Part shown: one piece after another, positions 13,898 to 25,582 of the stretch
Numbering within the stretch: position 1 is the first letter of the stretch
Layout: every line of letters begins with the position of its first letter
Assembly (NCBI GenBank): GCA_964247055.1
Contig: OZ176051.1
Span: 11,966,001-12,030,000 of the forward strand
From: Paragordius varius
Taxonomy: Eukaryota; Animalia; Nematomorpha
Direction of reading: 5' to 3'
Length of the DNA: 64,000 bases
The notes under the pieces: model-generated
What the model was told of the DNA's origin: nothing
Seen by the model: the letters and a program-made list of their open reading frames with translations, nothing else
Databases searched by the model: none
Made by a program: the position numbers and the translations under genes

Positions 13898-14654
13898 TGT
13901 ATGCATAATTATTTAATAAAACCATAAATCAAAATGTTTGAAAATTAATAAAAAAAACTTCCAATTTGATCCATAAAATTAATATATGATAAATTTAGAG
14001 CTTTTAAATTTATAATTCCTTTAAATATACAAACAATTAAGTATGAAAATTAAATTAGCCGATATAAAATAACCATTCCATAATAATATAAATTTAAACT
14101 AGCCATCCTTCGTTTTTATTCTTATTGTGAATAAATATATCACATATGCGTATATATGCGCAGTAGGCTAGGGTTTACACTTCTCAAAATAAAATCGGAA
14201 TTATTCAATAAAATATTAACCCAATTATTTAATGCATAAAATTTTACATTATTATAGTTAATAAAACTCCATCTATTAGGTTTTATGAAATTCTCTACAT
14301 TTTTTTGGTATAAATATAAAAACCTATTTAATTAATGATATTCCATATAAAATAGTTAACAATTACGTTCTATTGAATAATACATTTTTTTAATGGTTGT
14401 TATTAGATTGTTTAATTAAAATCGATAAGCAAGCAGCTCAATAGAATCGCTTTAAATTCAAACATAAAACGGACTTTTTTTAATAATAATTATAAAAATA
14501 ATAGCCATGATGTAAATTTGAAATTTTTGTAATGAAGGTATTTTATGCACGTATTATGTAAATATTCTTATCCTGAATATCACAGCCATAACCCAAAATA
14601 TATGTAGAAATATAAATAGTTAGCAAGAAGTCTATTTATTTTAACGCTGCAAAA

Positions 14655-14948
14655 TTACAATGTAATATTCATTTTAAAATGACCTTGAGGAGGTATTTCT
14701 TTAAATACTCCGGCTTCACGCATGCGTATGTAATCGCGATCAGCATCATAGTTCCTAAAAAATAAACCACAATTTTACTGATAAAATTCTTTTATGGCTT
14801 TCTTAGTTGCCCGACCAGTAAAACACCAAAACATATATGCTATCCCAGATGAAAGAACCAAGCTTAGCGGTACACACACTTGATAATAACGGGCACAAAG
14901 GCCTCGCATTCGAGCCGGTCTCGGGATTCGAGTGTTTTTATCAGCCAT
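14655..14948 (-). CDS. COX6C: Cytochrome c oxidase subunit 6C
   Basis: Exons 14948-14779 and 14754-14655 give MADKNTRIPRPARMRGLCARYYQVCVPLSLVLSSGIAYMFWCFTGRATKKAIKEFYQ|NYDADRDYIRMREAGVFKEI. This has the COX6C hallmarks MRGL, a single TM segment, and FY.NYD..MR.AG.F. The last few codons could be alternatively spliced. Confidence 0.9.
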
Positions 14949-15456
14949 GTGTTAACACTAAACAAATTATCAGCTGGTAATATCATTTCTGGACCAAACT
15001 ATATTATAATAATTTAGTAAATTAAAAACCACAGATATTTATAAATATATATAAATAATATTTTCTGTAAGTCCATAGAGAAGTCTAGAATAATATAAAA
15101 TCTTTTACCCAAAAATTTCCACATTGCTTTCAGTATTTCTGGTTTTTTTACAGCTTATACCCAAAAGGTAATAATATACTAGTAAAAATATATTTTTTGG
15201 TCATAAAAAGCATCAAAATTTAAGTAGTGCTCTTAGTTGACTCTAGATTGATAATTTGAAAGGTATCACTACTTTCGTAATTACCTGTATCAAAAAACGA
15301 AAAGGAAATTATTTTTAATTGTTTTAATGAAAGCAATCCTTCCATATACAATGCGCTTAAAATCGGGGGAAACACCCTAATAAAATATTAATATTTTGAG
15401 AGGAAAATGTATCAAGATTATCATTGTTATGAGTGATATAACAGTTATCTATAAAA

Positions 15457-15954
15457 TTCGATTTAAATTGGGTTATCTAAATAAACCAGACTAAATTTAG
15501 GATTTTTAAAAAACTACTGAAGTCCCAATTCTGCTTTTATCCTAATAAATATTATATAAATATGCCAAAATATCTTAAAATAATTAAGTTTTATAAAAGA
15601 AGTTTCATGTCAAACTACTTCGACGCCATTTTTATTTTACAAAAATTTTTGCAAAATCTCGTTTTCATTTAATTTTAAAAAATTAAAGCTAATTTTTTAT
15701 TTAAATTACATTAAACATTGATAGAAATAGAACAGTATATTTTGTATTATTTTTAAACTTTACCATTGTACACATGTCAGTTACTAAATTATTACCTTTC
15801 GGTTTTAGCTTAAAATTAGTAATATCAACTACTTTTGAATAAAATATTTTATATATTTCGGTTAAAATTTTGACATGGTTTCGATTTCTTCCATATTTTT
15901 TCAAAGATTTAATTATAAACAGGCCTGGAGTATTTAACTACAAGAATTTGAATC
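15457..15954. mobile_element. piggyBac-like MITE family member (ends eroded)
   Basis: Homologous along its length to the TTAA-flanked copy at 36245-36821. Confidence 0.7.
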
Positions 15955-16448
15955 ATATGTTTTTTTACATTCTTGTTTGCCCAATGAATTTAGACACATA
16001 TAGTTCTTGAATAGTTTCTTAATTTTGTCTTCCGTAAGCTGTTTTAAATTTTAGGTTTTGATGTGAATATTTAATTTGTTTACAAAATGTTTTGAAACAT
16101 TTGCATGCATAATTTTTAATTTAGCAGATAAAATATAACTTTATCATTTTATTAAAATTTTCTCATGGGGATTTTATTGTATATAATAATATATTTTACT
16201 AAGTTATACAGATGTTGAGAAATAGAAAAGATTGCATATTTATATTTCTAGTGTTTTGCTCTAAAACAATTTGGGCAAACTACGTGTAGAAAACAAATTA
16301 TTTCCCTAATAATATATCTTGACATATCGTTAATTAAAGATCCAATAGGAGTCAATTATTTAGATTGATATATAACGAGACACAAAACAAACTCAGACAA
16401 TAAAAATTATGAAATTCATAAATAATGCACGAATAATTTTTTCAATTT

Positions 16449-16640
16449 ATCGCTTCTCTGGCTTATTAGCTATGATCGATTGTGTAGTATCTGTTCTTAT
16501 CAGCTTAATATCTGATATGGTTTCTCATTGAAACCCGTGATATTAAATCATTTTTTGTAGGTTTTGGGGATCGCTCTAGGCTTGCCTATCAATCCTCAAA
16601 CGGGTCAACCTGGTATTGCACTATATCCAGGAGTGGCCCA
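16449..16640 (+). ncRNA. U2: U2 snRNA, full length (divergent)
   Basis: Contains the 5' ATCGCTTCTC, branch-point recognition GTGTAGTA, stem IIa TATCAG..CTGATA, Sm site ATTTTTTG, stem III, and stem IV with loop TATTGCAC, in canonical order over 192 nt. Confidence 0.97.
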
Positions 16641-16661
16641 ACAATTATTATAAATAAAATA

Positions 16662-17657
16662 GATCAAATGGGAATTCATCGATTCCTCTCCCATATTAAT
16701 AGTTGATAATAAACGACTCAGTATCGAACAACGTTCTTCAGTAGTTTCCATGCTCAGACGCTCTCGGCGTGCGCTAAAAGACGCAGAACTCCATCACTTT
16801 GCCCTACAAGGACGAGTGATGGAATGCGTAGCCGCCGATCGAGCCAGCCATTCCTTTCTCTACACAGGAGAACACATGAGATTTCGTGATTGGAAATTCA
16901 TCCATCGCGCCAGGCTCAATCTCCTCCCCACAAATTCCCGCAAACACGATCCCACACTTAAATGCCGACGGTGTGGCAAAGACAATGAAACCCCCGCCCA
17001 CGTCCTCAATAATTGCTTGAAAGAGAGCAACTTAATCACCAAGAGACACAACCTTATTGTAAATAGGATAAAAGACGCACTACCATCTAATTTCGAAATC
17101 ATCAACGAGAATGAGGTAGTTGACTCATCTCGTCTTCGTCCTGACCTAATCGTTACCGATGGAACATCGTGCTTCATCATCGATCCGACGGTACCATATG
17201 AAAATAGGATTTCCTCTTTCCATCATGCTGCAACAAACAAACTTATCAAATATGAATCCATCGCCAATGGACTACGAGAGCGCTTCAACGATGTCGAAGT
17301 CATACCAATCGTCGTTGGATCTCTGGGTTCCTGGTACTGCAACAATGACGTGATATTCGACAGAATTCCAATGAAGACCCCAAACCTCTTAAAGAAGCTG
17401 ATCATATCAGACGTCATCAAAGCGTCATGCGATATGTTTCACTACTTTATGAGTGGACGAAATGAAACAAACAATACAAACATCTCTTCATAATTTATGT
17501 TTTTTTTATTTTATATTATGCAATTTGCATCATTGTTCTTCTACAATTTCATCCATATTCACTCAATAATTGTTAGATAGGCCACTTGCATTTTCGTATT
17601 CTCTTTTCAGATTCTCAATCTACAAATATTAAAAATATATATTACTCTATAATAAAT
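16662..17657 (+). mobile_element. Utopia-type RLE non-LTR retrotransposon, lineage A, 5'-truncated
   Basis: Uninterrupted ORF 16750-17493 with a CCHC knuckle (CRRCGKDNETPAHVLNNC) and RLE motifs RHN, RPD, IIDPT and K..KY. The 3' UTR ends AATAAAT, joined to U2 nt 40 (TATCTGTTC), matching the U2-targeting habit of Utopia. Confidence 0.93.
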
Positions 17658-17810
17658 TATCTGTTCTTATCAGCTTAATATCTGATATGGTTTCTCATTG
17701 AAACCCGTGATATTAAATCATTTTTTGTAGGTTTTGGGGATCGCTCTAGGCTTGCCTATCAATCCTCAAACGGGTCAACCTGGTATTGCACTATATCCAG
17801 GAGTGGCCCA
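17658..17810 (+). pseudogene. U2: U2 snRNA 3' fragment (nt 40-192) downstream of a Utopia insertion
   Basis: Identical to 16488-16640. It lacks the 5' 39 nt. Confidence 0.95.
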
Positions 17811-17870
17811 ACAATTATTATAAATAAAATAATTCAGAATATCTTATCCCTTCACTTTTTTTAATAATTT

Positions 17871-17987
17871 CGTCAGCCAACTGTTTAACATAATTTACAG
17901 CATTAACACGCTTATTCAAGTACAGTAAACGCCTAAAAAAGACCTCTTTAGAGGTCGTATCAGATATTAAGCTGATAAGAATAGAGA
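17871..17987 (-). pseudogene. Variant U2-like 3' fragment (class B), copy 1
   Basis: TCTCTATTCTTATCAGCTTAATATCTGATACG (U2 stem IIa), then hairpin GACCTC-TAAA-GAGGTC, a U6 tract and two further hairpins. It directly follows a Utopia-A 3' end. Confidence 0.7.
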
Positions 17988-18177
17988 ATTTATTATAAAG
18001 TTATATAAATTTTTAATATAGATTAAGAATCTAAAATAAGAATACAAAAATGCAAATAGCCTATCTAACAATTAAAGAATGAATATGGATAAAATTATAT
18101 AGGAACATTGATGCAATTTGGGTAATATAAAAATAAAAAAACATTAATTAAGAAGAAATGTTTGGATGTGTGGCCCC
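17988..18177 (-). mobile_element. Utopia lineage A 3' UTR remnant
   Basis: The reverse complement aligns with the 3' UTR at about 17480-17657 and with 22573-22747. Confidence 0.85.
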
Positions 18178-21100
18178 CTTTTGGTTATATATTAATTATC
18201 CGGGTGATTAGGAATTTATTTATTTCCATTCTTTAATCCTTTGGTCCATCTAAATTTCTTTCCAGTATTATATATTGTTTATTTTTATAGATATGATATC
18301 AACCAACATTATTAGCTCCAACAACGTACAAATCATGTTTCGCCTTACAATAAGTGATAATGATAATCAACCAGTGTCCTGCAAGACAACCTTCTGCCAT
18401 ACCTCTGTCACCACGGTCAATACTCAAAGCCATCTATCATTCTGTGTCAACCCGTCGACAACTCCAACACCCGATATTGGCTCTCTCTATGAACACCAAT
18501 TCCCTTCACTCTCTTCATCTCAGTTCTACGACAACGTGTACACAGCTACCAATCAGTCATCCAATCAGGCCAAATCTCCCAGCTCAAACATTAAACGCAA
18601 GACCATCCTTGATCTTGCCCATCCAGCCAACAAAATGCTTAAGATAAATAATAATGATGATGATAATGATGGCGACCTATTGGAGGTGATGCCACATCAA
18701 CCTACCCTGCAAGACAAAACCCTATCCTTCTATTTCCCTTTACCGAATCACTTTTTATGTCCGTTTGAATCTTGCAATCATCAATTTCGTTGTAAATCCT
18801 GGACTGCCCAGAGACAGTCTCTTCTACGTCATATTAAGCTGGTCCATAAAGAACTAATCAAAATAGTTAATATTTGCAAACCTTGTAACAAAGTTTTATC
18901 TATTCACCCAAGTATACATATGAAAGAGTGCATTTTTGCGTCCAAATCTCCTATTTTCCAAATGCCTCACGCATGTGATGCGTGTGAAATGTCGTTTCCC
19001 AAGCGCATGTCTCTCTTATCTCATAAAAGGTCTCATAATCTACCTCCTCATCCTCACAGTAAACCGTTAAGTTTGTCAAACCTCCGATTCAATCCGTCTA
19101 ATAAGCCTAAGGTTGTCGAGTCATCTCCAACCCACAGTAAACTTTTTTGATCCACCCAGCTCTCCAGTTAATTCTTCTCCTACCAAAGTGAGTGGGACCT
19201 CAAACATCATTGGTAAGGGACATGAAGGCAATAATTTCAGTACGGATATTAATTCCAATATTCTAAATCCCAGTAGTTCGGTAAACAAAAATTATTTTAA
19301 TTACTTTTCTCAGAATGAAGTCTCTTTCTCTAATCGTTTTACAATTCTTGAGGAGAGTATTGATGAGGAACCCACTTCATCGGTTACTCTACCTACACCA
19401 AATAAAAGTTTTAATAAATCATCTGCTTTAAATAAAAATACTTTTCCTTTCACTAATTTTAATAACCTTCTTGACTCCCACGACGAGAATTCCGACTGGA
19501 AGGATATTTGTTCTTTAATAATCTCTATTCAAAATGCAATATCTCCTCCCCGGGCTGATTATAATAAGTCTAAAAGTTTGGTTCATAAAGATTTAAATAT
19601 TCGAGCATGTATAAGAAAAATAGGAAAAAGGCTATAAGATTAATCGTTGATGGCCCTCCATCCCTCTGTAAAATTAATAACGAAGATATAACAAATTATT
19701 TTAACAATACAATTGGCAAAAAATCTGAGCCTATTAATTTTAATTATTCTAATAATTCTGTCCCTTTACTTGATTTTATTCCCTTTTCAGCATCTGAAGT
19801 TTCTGATAAATTAAGAAAAGTTTCTAACAGCTCCCCTGGTCCTGATGGTATTTCATATACCAAATGGAAGCAGGTGGATCCCAAAGGTATTCTTTTATCT
19901 AAAATTTTTAATTTGTGTTTAAGTCATAGAATGATTCCTAATCATTGGAAAGTAACTAAGTCAATCTTAATTTCTAAAAAAAAGGGAGACCCTTCTCTTG
20001 TTTCAAGCTGGAGGCCCCTTTCACTAAGCAATACTATTTATAAATTATTTACTGGCCTTATTGCCAACCGAATTTCTAAACATATTTTAAAGAATAACTT
20101 ATTATCATCAGCCCAGAAAGGATTTATGCCGGCTGCTTTGAGCATAATTATATTTTAAATAAATCAATTTCTGATGCTAAACATAATAAAAAAGATATTT
20201 TTGTAACCTTTATTGATATCACTGCTGCGTTTGACTCGGTCCCTCACCAGCTGATTTTTGAATGTCTCCCTAATTTTGGTATAGATAATAATATTCAAGC
20301 TTTAATTAGGGATATTTACACAAATTCATGTACTCAGTTCTTTTCCGCCTCTGGGTTAAACCCATTCCTTTCTTGTCTGGCATTAAACAGGGGTGTCCAA
20401 TTTCTGGCCTTCTTTTTAATTTGTCAATCGATTCTGTGTTGAGATCTATGGTGTTTAATGGTCACAATGTCCTCGCTTATGCTGATGACATTGTTTTATT
20501 GTCTGACTCTCCTGAACGTCATCAAGTTGGGCTCAATTTGTTAGAATTTCTTATTCATGATATTGGTCTTTCGATCAAAGCTGAGAAGTGCAATAGTATT
20601 TCTATTGCTTCTTGTAGTCCTGTTTTTAAGATTGGTGAAGTTGTCGTTCCCTCAATCGGTCTAGGTGAGTTTGTTAGATTTGAAAGCCTGTAGGTCTCAA
20701 TTTCATTAATCCCGTTCCTTCTACGGAAATTGTGGATAAAATACATAGTTCTAGCCTCCTCCCTTGGCAAAAGCTAGACGCTATTAAAACTTTTTTTATC
20801 CCACTATTTCTCACCAGTTGAGAAGTAATGAGCTTAAAATGGTTACAGGTGAATATCTAGATAAAAGCTAACTAAAGTGTTCAAACAAATATTAAATCTT
20901 CCAAGAGACGCCACTAACAATTATATTTTTGGCTCTCGTAATAAGGGCGCCTTAGGGATGCCCCTATTCCGAGATGACATTAATATATTTCGTGTGGATT
21001 CCGCTTTTAAATTACTTACTAGCTTAGATCCTTCTATAAGAGTTTCTGCTCTAGAGGAACTTAAGGTTTCGGCTAGCTTCCGTTTTAAGGTTCGATTAGA

Positions 21101-22223
21101 TTCTATAATTCCCGATCAATTAGGCAAATATTTGTCTGGTTATGAGAACCCTCTTGTCTCAAATCCAGCTAATAAATGCCAAAACATTTGGACAATAGCG
21201 AGAATTGCGTCTGAATCTCTCAAAATTTCCTGGTCTTTTGATGATTCTTTTCAGCCTACAGTAATTACAGACTCTAAAATCTCCCAAGACAATCGCTCAG
21301 CTGTTGTTTCTATCCTTCGATTTTATAAACGAAAGCTAAAGGATACTGAGCTACACCATTTTGCTTTGCAGGGTCGGGTGATGGAGTGCGTTGCTGATGA
21401 TAAGGTCAGTCACCATTTTCTTTACAATAATAAGGATCTTCGCTTCAGAGACTGGAACTTCATCCATCGAGCGCGGCTCAATCTCCTTCCAACGAAAATG
21501 CGACTCAGGTCGTCTGAACAAATGTGCCGTCGCTGCGGCAAATCGAAAGAAACCCAAGCCCACGTTTTAAACCACTGCCTCAAAGATGATAATATAATAA
21601 CCAAAAGACACAACGTCATAGTAGACTTGATTAAAGATAATCTTATATCAAATTTCAAGTTAAGTGAAAACCAAGCCATCGATTCGTCGAGAGTACGCCC
21701 TGACCTCATTGTAACAAATGGCACTGATTGCTATATCATCGATCCCACAGTGCCGTTTGAAAACAGGCTAGAATCGTTCGAAACGGCGTTCAACAATAAA
21801 TTAATGAAGTATAGCTGTATGGCTCAACAATTACAGGAAACATACAGCAACACCCAAGTCATTCCAGTTGTTGTTGGGAGCCTCGGCTCATGGTATTCGA
21901 AAAACGATGTTCTTTTTGAGAAGATCAGGTTCCGATGCCCTAACCAACTAAAGAAATCAATAGTTACAAGCATAATAAAATCTTCAGCCGACATGTACCA
22001 CATGTTTATGAGCGGTCGAAATTCCCTCATAGACAACAACCCATCAAATGCATTTTTGTAATATTTTTTATATATATATTTTTTTTATTATATTTTTTTT
22101 CTATATTTATATATAATAATTTTTTCTTTCTTCCCCCTTGTAACTTCCCCATGCCCAATATTGTTGCGTAGCACTTTTCTTCATATATTCTAAATTGTAT
22201 TTCTTATATATATTAATAAATTA
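18178..22223 (+). mobile_element. Utopia-type retrotransposon, lineage B, near full length, frameshifted
   Basis: Three N-terminal zinc fingers (CPFESC..HIKLVH, CKPC..HMKEC, CDAC..HKRSH), RT motifs (PGPDG, WRPLSL, QKGF, GIKQGCPISG, YADD), a CCHC knuckle and an RLE, spread over several frames. The 3' end joins U2 nt 40. The 5' boundary is approximate. Confidence 0.93.
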
Positions 22224-22376
22224 TATCTGTTCTTATCAGCTTAATATCTGATATGGTTTCTCATTGAAACCCGTGATATTAAATCATTTTTTGTAGGTTT
22301 TGGGGATTGCTCTAGGCTTGCCTATCAATCCTCAAATGGGTCAACCTGGTATTGCACTATATCCAGGAGTGGCCCA
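22224..22376 (+). pseudogene. U2: U2 snRNA 3' fragment (nt 40-192) downstream of Utopia B
   Basis: 153 nt with two C>T differences from the full-length U2. Confidence 0.95.
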
Positions 22377-22440
22377 ACAATTTTATATACAAAATAAATT
22401 AATCCCTTCACTTCTTTTAAATAATTTTAATATAAATTAT

Positions 22441-22572
22441 CGTCAACCAACTGTTTGAAATAATTTACTACAGCATTAACACACATTTATTCAAGTACAA
22501 TAGTTTACCGTGAACGCCTAAAAAAGACTTCTTTAGAGGTCGTATCAGATATTAAGCTGATAAGAATAGAGA
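22441..22572 (-). pseudogene. Variant U2-like 3' fragment (class B), copy 2
   Basis: Homologous to 17871-17987 with indels in the distal hairpins. It follows a Utopia-A 3' end. Confidence 0.65.
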
Positions 22573-25500
22573 ATTTATTATAAAGTTATATAAATTTTTA
22601 ATATAGATTAAGAATCTGAAATAAGAATACAAAAATGCAAGTGGCCTATTTAACAATTAAAGAGTGAATATGGATAAAATTGTATAGAAACAATGATGCA
22701 AATTGCATAATATAAAAATAAAAAAACATAAGAAGAAATGTTTGGATTGTTGTTTGTTTCATTTCGTCCACTCATAAAAAAGTGAAACATATCGCATGAT
22801 GCTTTGATGACGTCTAATATAATCAGCTTCTTTATGAGGTTTGGAGTCTTGATTGGAATCCTGTCGAAGATGACGTCATTGTTGCAATGCCAGGAGCCCA
22901 GAGATCCAACGACGATCGGGATGACCTCGACATCATTGAAGCGCTCTCGCAGTCCAGTGGCGATTGATTCGTACTTGATAAGCTTGTTTGTTGCTGCCTG
23001 AGTAAGGATAGCCGTTCATATGGTACCGTGGGATCGATGATGAAGCAGGATGATCCATCGTGACGATTAGCTCCGGGCGCAGGCGGGATGCGTCAACTTC
23101 TTGATTCTCGCTGATGACTTAAAAGTTTGGTGTGTCTCTTGGTTATTAGATTGCTCTCTTTTAAACAGTTATTTAGAACGTGGGCGAGGGTTTCGTTGTC
23201 TCTGCAACATCGTCGACATTTTAGTGTTGGGTCGTGTTACCGAGAATTGGTGGGGAGAAGATTGAGACTGGCGCGATGAATGAATTTCCAATCACGGAAC
23301 ATGTGTTCTCCTGTAAAAGGAAAAGAATGGCTGACCCGATCGCAGCTACACGTTCCATTACTCGTCCTTGCAGGGCGAAGTGATTAAGTTCTGCATCTTT
23401 TAGCGCACGCCGAGTGCATCGAGACTATGGAAGAACGTTTTTCGATACCGAGTGGTTTATTATCAACTATTAATGTAGGAGCGGAATTGATAAATTCCCA
23501 TTTGATCTTAAGGATCTTAGATGATTTACCTGCCTCTGTCTAAGGGTTTTGAGCTTTGTTGCTAGGGTTTATAACGTCCGGATTGTCTTTGCCGGAATGA
23601 TAGGAAGCCATATCCTCATGAATTGGGTTTTTAACTTTTAATCTATAAGCTGAATCTATTCTAAATATATGCATGTCATCCTTTAGGAGAGGCATGCCGA
23701 GAGCACCTTTGGGCCTGAACCCGTAGATATAGTTTGTGGTGGCGTCTCTTGGAAGAGCCAATATTTGTTTGATTACTGTAGTCAATTGTTTATCTATTGC
23801 ATCGAAATATTGTAATTGATTTGATTAAAGCGCAGTCTGTGCATGAGTCTGGGATAATAGAATGTTTTTATAGCGTCAAGCTTTTGCCAGGGGGCCAGCA
23901 TTTTTGCGGGATTTCAGTATTTGCGGCAGGTCTTTCAATGTCCAACCCAACCGGGTTACCCAAGAAGTTTGTATATTCTTGGTGTTGTAAGGTTCTAATA
24001 ATGCCATCATCAATCGAGAACTGGTAATTGGAATTAAGGCAAAGGGTGACACACTTGGAGGAATTTATGGTAAGACCGATTTCACTAAGGAGGGATGTTA
24101 GTCGGTCAAGCGCTGCTTGGTGGAGATGTGGGTTTGGATAAGCAAGCCATATCATCCTCATACGCAAGTATTTGGTGACTGTGATTACTCATTTTCTCAA
24201 TTATTGAATTAACGGCAACGTTAAATAAGGTGTTGAGTGAGCCTGTTGGATGCCGGAGAGGAGCGGGATTTGGTTTGTCAGTCCATGGGATGTCATGAAA
24301 GCTGTGGATGAGTTTGTATAGATATTTTTAAATGATATTAATGATTAATGAAGCTTTCGGATAGGCCGAAAAGGGTGAGGCCATTGAAGATGGCTTGGTG
24401 TGGAAGGCTATCGAAGGCAGCAGCTATATCGCATGTTATGTACAATGGAGATTTACTGTGCACCGCTGTTTTTATTTGAAGCACCCATCGTAGGGGAGGA
24501 AACCCTTCTGTTTGGGAGATATGAGATTATTGTTATTGGTGTATTGGATGATTCGATCTGATAAAATGGCTGTATTTGTTAAAGAGATTGGAGGCCACCC
24601 AATAATTTTGCTCAAATCTTAGTTCTTTTTGGGAACCAAGATCGAGATGGAATTCCAAGCATCAGGTATGCGTTGGTGATTGAGACAAATATTGTAAATT
24701 GCTGAGAGTAGTTTACCATTATTATCTATTTTTAACGATTTGTGATGCCGTCATTGCCGGGGGAAGACTTTGGCATTTTTTTCAGCTTGTCGACTATTGT
24801 GTTTGGCAAGATTAGCTCCATGTCTGAAACATTGTCAGGGAATGTGACTGCAGGTATCGAATTTAGCGTATAAGAACGTTTGATTAAGGATTTAAAGGGA
24901 GATTCAATCACTTGGGGATCTATTTCACATACTTGAGCGGGCCATCCATGATAAGAAGCATCGCCTTTCATCAATTGAATCGGTATAGGTTTTGTAGGTA
25001 ACGTGGGTTAGTATTTTTAGTTGAGAATTTCTTGGGATTGTTTTGAGAAGAACGAGGAGAATTGTGGTAACGGATGATATCATCCAATATTTCCTCGAAT
25101 CTGGCCCAGGGATCCGGGTGAGAACTGATATTATTTAATTCGTTGATAAAAACAAGTGGTTTGTCATTATTATCAGGTATCAAGTAGTTTGACCGGCCTT
25201 CCAAAGGAGGGGTAATAGAGTGTAGTGTGTCTGGTTCAACTTCGCAAATATTCGAAATGGATGTAGCATCATCCTCGATTGAATATTGGAATATTGAAAA
25301 CTTATTATTGCAGGTGATTGTATCGCTAGCGTTAAAAGTTTGTTGGGGAAACTTGCGACAGTGACTTTTAACTGGGGATTTCTGTAGAAAGAGTTTGTTA
25401 TCAGGATTGAATTTGGTATCAAGAAGCGAGATCGCTTTCTCATGATGGCGTAATGGAGCATTATAGGAACGAATATGATGATCCAGATTACTTTTTTGGG

Positions 25501-25578
25501 ATATGTATTGCCGCAAATGTTGCATTTGTGCGGGAATAGAGTTTTAGGGAGCTCGTGTCAGTTAGGGCACGATTGTAA
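22573..25578 (-). mobile_element. Utopia lineage A, degenerate, reverse orientation
   Basis: Minus-strand fragments of ZnF3 (PHKCNIC..HHIRS), RT (PGNDG, YADED-like motif), LALPRDATTNYIYG, CCHC/RLE and the 3' UTR, ending at the class-B U2-like target. Many stops and frameshifts. Confidence 0.88.
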
Positions 25579-25582
25579 CTTT

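Noticed and set aside
18178-18230. GGCCCCCTTTTGG at the Utopia B 5' end as a U2 5' remnant or HDV-like ribozyme
   Set aside because: It does not match the local U2 5' sequence, and no convincing HDV double pseudoknot could be folded by eye.
16804-21724. Minus-strand ORFs overlapping the Utopia ORFs
   Set aside because: Antisense shadow frames of RT/RLE coding sequence with no independent motifs.
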